64,000 nt of DNA from the NCBI GenBank assembly GCA_963847625.1, contig CAWKAR010000045.1, forward strand, positions 64,001 to 128,000, written 5' to 3'. Under the pieces are notes generated by a model that saw only the letters and a program-made list of their open reading frames with translations, made no database searches and was not told the origin of the DNA. The DNA comes from a candidate division FCPU426 bacterium. Its GTDB lineage: Bacteria; Oederibacteriota; Muellerivitia; Muellerivitales; Muellerivitaceae. The position numbers and the translations under genes are program-made. This document shows positions 57,035-64,000 of this stretch, one piece after another (the stretch's first letter is position 1; each line of letters begins with the position of its first letter).

Positions 57035-57629
57035 TTTAACCCCTTCCCAGTTGGACGCTTTGAAGGAGGTTGGGAATATAGGTGCTGGGCATGGGGCGAC
57101 AGCTCTTTCTCAACTTTTAAGGAAAAAAATTCTAATAACGGTTCCAAAGGCCAATATTCTCGCCTTTTCAGATGTACCCAAATTAATGGGAGACCCGAAT
57201 ACCTTGGTTGCAGGCTTGGTCTTGAATATTCTTGGGGATGCTACCGGGAAAATACTTTTATTATTCCCAAGGGATTCTGCCCTTCATTTAGCCGATTTAC
57301 TCTTGAAACAACAAGTGGGTACCAGCCAGATCCTAACTGAAATGGGACATTCCGCAATCAAGGAGGCTGGAAATATCCTAACGGGAGCCTATTTGAGCGC
57401 GTTAAATGAATTTTTAGGAATGCTCTTGTTGATTTCCGTGCCTACACTTGTCTTTGACATGGCTGGAGCCCTATTGACCACTATCACCCAGGGAATGGAG
57501 GACGTAACAAAGGTCATTTGTATTGAAACACAATTTATCGATTCCAACGAGGTGGTGGGTGGCTATTTCATTTTGGTTCCAGATGCCACTTCCTTGAGGG
57601 CTATATTTCAGGCTATTAAATTGAGATAA
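57015..57629 (+). CDS. cheC: Second CheC phosphatase
   Basis: DALKEVGNIGAGHGATALSQL; SAIKEAGNIL. Confidence 0.92.
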   Translation: MLPNLDDLTPSQLDALKEVGNIGAGHGATALSQLLRKKILITVPKANILAFSDVPKLMGDPNTLVAGLVLNILGDATGKILLLFPRDSALHLADLLLKQQVGTSQILTEMGHSAIKEAGNILTGAYLSALNEFLGMLLLISVPTLVFDMAGALLTTITQGMEDVTKVICIETQFIDSNEVVGGYFILVPDATSLRAIFQAIKLR

Positions 57630-57906
57630 ATTTAGAATAAGTATCAAACTTCTCTTTTATTCAGCCTAATCGTTAATTGTGTACCAGCTGTTCAATTATC
57701 TTGTTCCACATAAGGCGATACTTTATTTTATGTTATTTCGGCTACCAGCGAATAGTCACAAATCTTTTACGTTAAACAACCGGGGTTCTGGGAATTCAAA
57801 TATTATGATAAATGAAAGTATTCATCGTAAAAAGAACAGTGTACTATTTGAAAAAATCTGATCGAATAACCCTGATAATAAAACAATAACGGTTGGGAAG
57901 GACTTT

Positions 57907-59001
57907 ATGATCTCAATTTCTCTCATCGCAGGAAAAATCATTGTTTTTTGTAAACACCCTAAACCCACCAAGACTCAATTAGGTGCCTGCTGCAAGGAAA
58001 TATTAGAAAATTTTAAATTTGATTGCGTTTTCCTCGCGCACTCCACCCTTCCGGAAGGCGAATTGAATAAAGTGGCATTTGAAGGCAAGGAAGAAATTAT
58101 GGAAGCTTGTATTTACCGGTTGGGTGTTGAAGAAAGGTTGGCATTGACAAAGCTTTCGTATAAGACTTATTCGGATATCACCGGAAAACCCGTATTTAAT
58201 AAGTCGGGATCCTTGCGCATCCAAAAACCCAATAGCGGAGTTTACCTGGTTCTGTATCGGCCTAAAAAAGATTTTTTAATATTAGGATGCGCTCATCAAG
58301 AGCCCCGAACCTATGATTCCAAAATGTTGAACGATCTTGCTGATGTTTGGAAAGCCTCCCGTGAAGACTTATGTGAAACAGTCCGTAAAGTTCAGGGATT
58401 GGGAATGGCTTCCGACCAAACGGTGACTACGCCACTCTCCGCACCTCCAGTCCAGCCCAAGCTAGATTTAAAGATACCAGATATCCAAAGGCCAACCCAA
58501 AAGACCGTATCCAATGGAAAACACCGCAAGTCTACCCTTCTTGTGGATGAGGTTACAAAGCTTTTCAACCGTGATTACTTTGAGGATTGCCTGGCAATCG
58601 AGGTGGAGAGGGCAAAACGGTATTCCAGGCATCTAAGTCTTATTTTCTTAAGTGTGTCCCCAATGAACCAATCTGTGCAGAAAGAGGATGAGATTGCGCT
58701 CCAAATCACCGAAATTCTTTCCCGCAGTTTGCGCCGGGTGGACGTGATCTGCAGGCTTGAAAAAAACAAATACGCGCTAATTTTACCGGATACAGCGACC
58801 AACACTTACGGCACAATCGCCAAGAGGATTTTCAAGCATTTCAAAGATGTCATGGGTCCTAACCCGCCCGTTTTTCTCAATGTTAGTGCGTCATCTTATC
58901 CAAAACATGCCGATAACCATCTTTCGTTGTTTCAAAACGCCGAAAATTTATTAATTCAGGCCAAGGAAGTCGGACCCAATAAAGCTGTTCTTCCGGAATA
59001 G
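57907..59001 (+). CDS. Degenerate GGDEF-domain protein (probable c-di-GMP receptor)
   Basis: VDEVTKLFNRDYF, EVERAKRY, RRVD I-site; GGDEF replaced by EKNKY. Confidence 0.8.
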   Translation: MISISLIAGKIIVFCKHPKPTKTQLGACCKEILENFKFDCVFLAHSTLPEGELNKVAFEGKEEIMEACIYRLGVEERLALTKLSYKTYSDITGKPVFNKSGSLRIQKPNSGVYLVLYRPKKDFLILGCAHQEPRTYDSKMLNDLADVWKASREDLCETVRKVQGLGMASDQTVTTPLSAPPVQPKLDLKIPDIQRPTQKTVSNGKHRKSTLLVDEVTKLFNRDYFEDCLAIEVERAKRYSRHLSLIFLSVSPMNQSVQKEDEIALQITEILSRSLRRVDVICRLEKNKYALILPDTATNTYGTIAKRIFKHFKDVMGPNPPVFLNVSASSYPKHADNHLSLFQNAENLLIQAKEVGPNKAVLPE

Positions 59002-59039
59002 GGTAGTCTGCTGATGAAGCCCTCGGAGAAATAACAAAT

Positions 59040-60152
59040 ATGGACAATCGGAAAGTCTTATTGGCCCTTCACTTAACGGGTGTTGTCGGCCCAAGGCGTT
59101 TACATTCTGCCAAGGAATCCTTCGCAAACCTAGAGGATGTTTTTGGGGCCTCCGAGGAGCAACTTGCGTCTCTTCAGGATTGGAACTCTTCATCTGCTCT
59201 GAAAGTACTGCGTTTAAAAAATCCTGGAGATCGAGTGAACCAAGAGTTGGAAGAAGCCGAAACCCATCAGATTAAAGTTGTCGTGGAAGGAGAAGAGGAT
59301 TTCCCGGGAGTTTTTGATGAACTGTACGATCCTCCTTTTGTTTTATGGCGGTTGGGCCAATATTTACCAGGCGATATAAACGCTGTAGCTATGATAGGCT
59401 GCCGGAAACCAAGCCCTTATGGCCGGCATGCTGCTTTATATCTTTCCGAAGGTATCGCGCGTGCCGGTTATACGGTGATTTCCGGGTTGGCCCGAGGGAT
59501 CGATTGCCTTTCGCACTTGGGGGCCTTGAAATATTCCAAGGGAAGAACTGTCGCGTTCTTGGGAAGCGGCCTTTTGAATATTTATCCTCCCGAAAACAGC
59601 AAATTAGCCTTGGAAATCATTGATCGGGGTGCCCTTTTCAGTGAATACCCGTTGCATGCCAAACCGTTAGCACTTCATTTTCCCCAGCGCAACCGTCTCA
59701 TTAGCGGAGCATCCCGGGGTATTTTGGTCGTCGAAGCTAAAAAAGACAGTGGTACTTTCATCACAGTTGACCATGGGATCGACCAGGGGAAACCCGTATT
59801 TGCAGTACCGGGCCCAATAGATCATCCCCAATCGGAAGGAACTCATTCTCTGATTCAACAGGGTGCCAAGCTTGTCACCTGCGTTGAGGATATTTTTCAC
59901 GAATTTCAGGACCGCAGGGCGGAGGCATTATACCGTTCACGAAAATCGAACGAAGCACCCCAGGTTCCTTTGGAAGATCTCACGGACGAAGAGAAATTAG
60001 TTTTGGAAAAACTTTCCCATTCTCCGATCCATGTGGATTCATTAGCGAGGGAGACACAACTTTTGTTACGAAAATTAAATGAACTGCTTTTAATGTTGGA
60101 GATGAAGGGTTTCGTCCAACAAACACCCGGCCATTGCTACTTTAAAATTTAA
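59040..60152 (+). CDS. dprA: DNA-processing protein DprA
   Basis: VISGLARGID, FPQRNRLISG, VVEA...SGTFIT, VFAVPG, LIQQGAKLV, C-terminal winged helix. Confidence 0.96.
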   Translation: MDNRKVLLALHLTGVVGPRRLHSAKESFANLEDVFGASEEQLASLQDWNSSSALKVLRLKNPGDRVNQELEEAETHQIKVVVEGEEDFPGVFDELYDPPFVLWRLGQYLPGDINAVAMIGCRKPSPYGRHAALYLSEGIARAGYTVISGLARGIDCLSHLGALKYSKGRTVAFLGSGLLNIYPPENSKLALEIIDRGALFSEYPLHAKPLALHFPQRNRLISGASRGILVVEAKKDSGTFITVDHGIDQGKPVFAVPGPIDHPQSEGTHSLIQQGAKLVTCVEDIFHEFQDRRAEALYRSRKSNEAPQVPLEDLTDEEKLVLEKLSHSPIHVDSLARETQLLLRKLNELLLMLEMKGFVQQTPGHCYFKI

Positions 60153-60212
60153 TGATGAGTTTCAAATTGGTTGAATTTATTATTCCCTCCTGAACACAAT
60201 TCACCCTGAAAC

Positions 60213-60241
60213 TTGACAAAGTGTTGATGCATGCCTATTCT
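60213..60241 (+). promoter_or_regulatory. Sigma-70 promoter for topA
   Basis: TTGACA-17 bp-TATTCT. Confidence 0.65.
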
Positions 60242-60335
60242 TGCCCTTCAAAGGGAACCTTGAGAAACCCCTCGTTCATAAATATTATTTCAGGAATACT
60301 TTGTGACAAAAGCGAAAAAAATAAAAAAAGTCTCC

Positions 60336-62648
60336 ATGAAAAAATTGGTAATAGTGGAGTCGCCTTCCAAGGCCAAGACCATCAACAAATATCTCGGGCC
60401 GGAATTTTTGGTTTTAGCTTCCAAGGGCCACCTGATTGACCTCCCGAAAAGTAAGTTGGGTGTTGATTTGGTTAATAATTTTGAACCTCTTTATATTCCT
60501 ATTCGGGGAAAGGCTCCTATCATTAATGAGCTTAAAAAAGCCTCCCAAAAGGCTTCCGTAGTCTATCTCGCCACGGACCCCGATCGGGAGGGGGAAGCCA
60601 TTGGCTGGCATATTAAGAATTTCCTTTCTGCATTGGCAATCACCCCGCCTATGTACCGCCTTCGTTTGAATGAAATAACGAAGCATGCCATTGAGGAGGC
60701 CATTAAAGAACCCAATGAAATGGATTTGAATATGGTCAATGCCCAACAGGCTCGAAGAGTTTTAGACCGCTTGGTGGGTTACGGCATTTCTCCCATACTT
60801 CAGCATACTATCCGAAGGGGGCTTTCCGCCGGCCGTGTCCAGTCTGTTGCCCTTCGGCTTATCTATGAACGGGAAAAGGAAATCGAGGGGTTTAAGCCGG
60901 TTGAGTATTGGAGCTTGGAAACCGACTTTTTGACAAGCGATGGAAGGATTATTCGAACCAAGCTTTCCAAGGTGAATGGGGAAAAGCCGGAGTTGAAAAC
61001 GCAGGAAGAAACCCTCAATTTGATCAAACGATTGGAGGGTGCTGATTTTAAGGTTTCAGCGGTTTTGCACCGTGAAAAATCCAAAAAACCACCCATGCCT
61101 TTCACGACATCCAAGCTTCAACAAGAAGCCTATAAAAGGCTTCATTTTGGCGCCCGTAAAACCATGTCCATCGCGCAAGGTTTGTATGAGGGGGTGGAAA
61201 TTGGGGAATCGGGGCCTGTGGGTCTTATCACCTATATGAGGACAGACTCCCGCAGAATTTCACCTGAATTTAAGGCGGAAACATCAAAGTATATCGTTGA
61301 AACCTACGGTGAAAAATATCAGGGCCCTGGGGACCGGGATACCTCCAGTAAAGGAAAGATCCAGGACGCCCATGAGGCTATTCGCCCGACGTCCATTTAT
61401 AGAAGCCCGGAAAAAATCAAGCAATTCTTGACCCCTGAACAGTTCAAGCTTTATCAACTGGTTTGGGAAGACTGTTTGGCGAGCCAGATGGCAAACGCGC
61501 TTTACCGGGAAACCACTATTGAAATAAGCGGCGGGGAGGCTCTTTTCCGGGCGACCGGCACCGAGACTCTTTTTGACGGGTTCACGAAAGTTTATGAGGA
61601 AGCCGCCGATGAGGATAAAAAGACAGAGAATTCGGAATCTGAGGAGACCGAAGAGGTAAATCCGAACAAGTTATCGGGAATTGAGGAAGAGCAGGATATG
61701 GAGTGGAAAGAACCCATTCCCGAACAGCATTTTACCCAGCCGCCTCCCCGCTTTACCGATGCCTCCATGGTTAAAACTTTGGAAGAATTGGGTATCGGTA
61801 GGCCCTCTACCTATGCCCCCACCCTTGAAACCATTCAAGCGCGTCATTATGTCAAAAAAGAGAGTGGAAGATTTTTCCTGGCAGAATTGGGGAACTTGGT
61901 ATTGGGACTTTTATTGAAAAATTTTCCGCAAATTCTTGATTATGAGTTCACCGCCAAAATGGAATCGGAATTGGATCTGGTGGAATCAGGCGAGCAGGAA
62001 TGGCGAAAAATCATCGGCGATTTTTACGAGCCATTTAAGGGTACGTTAGCCGAGGCTGAGAAATTAATGGGCGAGGAGAAATCAAAAATTGAGCAGGTGA
62101 CGGATATCCCCTGCGAAAAATGCGGAAATCCCATGATTGTGAAGTGGGGGCGGCATGGAAAATTCCTCGCTTGCTCAAAATACCCCGAGTGCCAATCCAC
62201 CAAAAGCTTGAAGGAGACCTCGGATGGTTCCATTCAAGTGGATACGGACGTGGTGACTAACGAGAAATGCCCGAAATGCGAAAGCCCCATGGTCGTCAAA
62301 ATGGGACGGTTCGGGAAGTTCTTGGCTTGCTCAAAATATCCCGAATGCAAGACGGCCAAACCCATCTCGTTGAATATCCCCTGCCCATTGGGCTGCGGAG
62401 GTGAAGTTGTTACCCGCCGTGCTTTTAGGGGGTCGGTCTTTTATGGCTGTAACCGATATCCGGAATGCCAATTCCGCTCTTGGAACAAACCGGTCAACCG
62501 TCCTTGCCCGCAATGTAATAACCCATTTCTGGTTGAAAAATATACTAAAACCCTGGGGCCCCATATTTCTTGCCCCAATAAAGAATGCGATTACAAGGAA
62601 TTACAAAAGACTGAGGAAGGACCCCCGGTACAAACACCTGTTTCTTAA
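60336..62648 (+). CDS. topA: DNA topoisomerase I
   Basis: IVESPSKAKTI, ATDPDREGE, SAGRVQS, ITYMRTDS, GIGRPSTY, C-terminal Zn ribbons. Confidence 0.98.
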   Translation: MKKLVIVESPSKAKTINKYLGPEFLVLASKGHLIDLPKSKLGVDLVNNFEPLYIPIRGKAPIINELKKASQKASVVYLATDPDREGEAIGWHIKNFLSALAITPPMYRLRLNEITKHAIEEAIKEPNEMDLNMVNAQQARRVLDRLVGYGISPILQHTIRRGLSAGRVQSVALRLIYEREKEIEGFKPVEYWSLETDFLTSDGRIIRTKLSKVNGEKPELKTQEETLNLIKRLEGADFKVSAVLHREKSKKPPMPFTTSKLQQEAYKRLHFGARKTMSIAQGLYEGVEIGESGPVGLITYMRTDSRRISPEFKAETSKYIVETYGEKYQGPGDRDTSSKGKIQDAHEAIRPTSIYRSPEKIKQFLTPEQFKLYQLVWEDCLASQMANALYRETTIEISGGEALFRATGTETLFDGFTKVYEEAADEDKKTENSESEETEEVNPNKLSGIEEEQDMEWKEPIPEQHFTQPPPRFTDASMVKTLEELGIGRPSTYAPTLETIQARHYVKKESGRFFLAELGNLVLGLLLKNFPQILDYEFTAKMESELDLVESGEQEWRKIIGDFYEPFKGTLAEAEKLMGEEKSKIEQVTDIPCEKCGNPMIVKWGRHGKFLACSKYPECQSTKSLKETSDGSIQVDTDVVTNEKCPKCESPMVVKMGRFGKFLACSKYPECKTAKPISLNIPCPLGCGGEVVTRRAFRGSVFYGCNRYPECQFRSWNKPVNRPCPQCNNPFLVEKYTKTLGPHISCPNKECDYKELQKTEEGPPVQTPVS

Positions 62649-62806
62649 AAAGGAATCCAATAGATGGATCCAAAGAAAAATGTTTTAGAGCTGTTATTAC
62701 AACTTATAATTTCTGTGCGGTAAGAACAATTTGTTCTTGGTTTATTGAGTAATAGTGTCCCGAAACAATAGTTTTTTCATTTCTTGGCAAATCTCGAAAG
62801 GTGACA

Positions 62807-63670
62807 ATGAAAGATTCCATTCGGAAAGCTCAAATACTGGTTGAGGCTTTTCCCTACATTCGCCAATGGTTCGGGGCCACAGTGGTCGTGAAATACGGCG
62901 GTAGCACGCGCGCGGGGACTGAGGAATTAAAAACAACGCTTCAGGACATCATTTTGATGAAATTCGTCGGGATGAGACCTGTGGTAGTCCATGGGGGCGG
63001 AAAGGACATCACACGGCTCACTGAAAAGCTGGGAATCCATTCCCAGTTCGTGGACGGCCTGCGGGTGACTGATTTACCAACGATGGAAGTGGTTGAAATG
63101 GTGCTCGGCGGAAAAATCAATAAAGAGTTGGTCAGCATGATCCACCATCTTGGCGGGCAAGCGGTTGGGCTATCGGGGAAAGACGGCGCAATGCTGGAGG
63201 CTTCCAGGATTACCTCGAAGACCGGGAAAGATATCGGCTTCGTGGGAAAAGTTTCAAAAGTGAACACGGCCATATTGGAGATCTTGGATAAAGAACAATT
63301 TATTCCCGTCATCGCGCCATTAGGATTGGGAAAAGACGGTAACACTTATAACATTAACGCGGATGAGGCCGCCGGTGCCATCGCGGGAGCTTTGAAAGCC
63401 GAAAAACTTGTTTTCCTGACGGATGTCCCCGGCATATGCAAGAAAAAGGAAAATCCAAAAAGTCTTCTTACTACTGTTAAAGCGAAGGATGTGGCGAAAT
63501 TAATAAAATCCGGGATTATCGTAGGGGGAATGATTCCTAAAGTGGAGGCTTGCCTTTTGGCCTTGAAGTCGGGGGTGAAGAAAACGCATATTATCAACGG
63601 AACGCTTTCACATGCTTTATTATTGGAAATTTTCACTCCCGAGGGTGTTGGAACCGAAATTATCCCGTAA
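62807..63670 (+). CDS. argB: Acetylglutamate kinase
   Basis: VVKYGG, VVHGGG, GLRVTD, YNINAD, LTDVPG, GGMIPK. Confidence 0.96.
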   Translation: MKDSIRKAQILVEAFPYIRQWFGATVVVKYGGSTRAGTEELKTTLQDIILMKFVGMRPVVVHGGGKDITRLTEKLGIHSQFVDGLRVTDLPTMEVVEMVLGGKINKELVSMIHHLGGQAVGLSGKDGAMLEASRITSKTGKDIGFVGKVSKVNTAILEILDKEQFIPVIAPLGLGKDGNTYNINADEAAGAIAGALKAEKLVFLTDVPGICKKKENPKSLLTTVKAKDVAKLIKSGIIVGGMIPKVEACLLALKSGVKKTHIINGTLSHALLLEIFTPEGVGTEIIP

Positions 63671-63732
63671 ACCGCATATATTCCTCATGACTCTTCAACA
63701 GCTTGATAGTTACCCGCCCTAAATTCTACCTA

Positions 63733-63741
63733 TGGTATAAT
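63733..63741 (+). promoter_or_regulatory. Extended -10 element upstream of nrdR
   Basis: TGgTATAAT about 40 bp before the ATG. Confidence 0.55.
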
Positions 63742-63782
63742 CACAATTGCGACAAAATCCACAACAGGTTGAGGTTTAATCC

Positions 63783-64000
63783 ATGAAGTGCCCTTTCTGC
63801 GGACATCAAGAAGATAAAGTGATGGATTCAAGGCCCAGTAAAGGAGGATCGGCTATCCGCCGTCGGCGTGAATGCCTTAAATGTGAGAAACGCTTCACGA
63901 CCTACGAGCAAATCGAGGAAATCCTTCCCATGGTCGTCAAAAGAGACGGCCGCCGTGAGCCTTTTGACCGGTTGAAGATCGTCGCCGGAATCAGAAAGGC
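63783..64000 (+). CDS. nrdR: Transcriptional repressor NrdR, truncated by the window end (absent from the ORF track)
   Basis: [17 protein letters not shown]...[18 protein letters not shown]...[19 protein letters not shown]. Confidence 0.96.
   Translation, partial: MKCPFCGHQEDKVMDSRPSKGGSAIRRRRECLKCEKRFTTYEQIEEILPMVVKRDGRREPFDRLKIVAGIRK

Overview
Bacterial chromosomal window; no rRNA, tRNA or CRISPR array is visible. 1-18 kb is accessory. It holds four tandem secreted proteins with Thr/Pro-rich linkers and Ig-like C-terminal sorting-type domains (three are SBBP beta-propeller proteins), a non-coding array of 24 x 21-22 bp repeats split by an IS256 element, an NAD-dependent epimerase and two NHL-repeat lipoproteins. 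18-42 kb holds a stand-alone RpoD-type sigma factor, a GAF-GGDEF cyclase, accA-amidase-GerMN-valS-nadC-birA-coaX and five GT-C-fold membrane glycosyltransferase-like genes. 42-59 kb is a PilT-TPR / chemosensory cluster (CheR, MshEN-CheW, TPR proteins, P-II, 2 CheY, 2 CheC, CheD, CheW, CheB, CheA, degenerate GGDEF) with no chemoreceptor gene. The window ends with dprA, topA, argB and a partial nrdR. Best candidate for an undescribed system: the 22-bp array contains a 16-bp imperfect palindrome resembling parS/Noc-binding sites and abuts a gene for a ParB-type HTH + transmembrane + PDZ protein, suggesting a DNA-to-membrane tether or membrane-bound regulator with its own binding array. All assignments are by eye from motifs; no searches were run.
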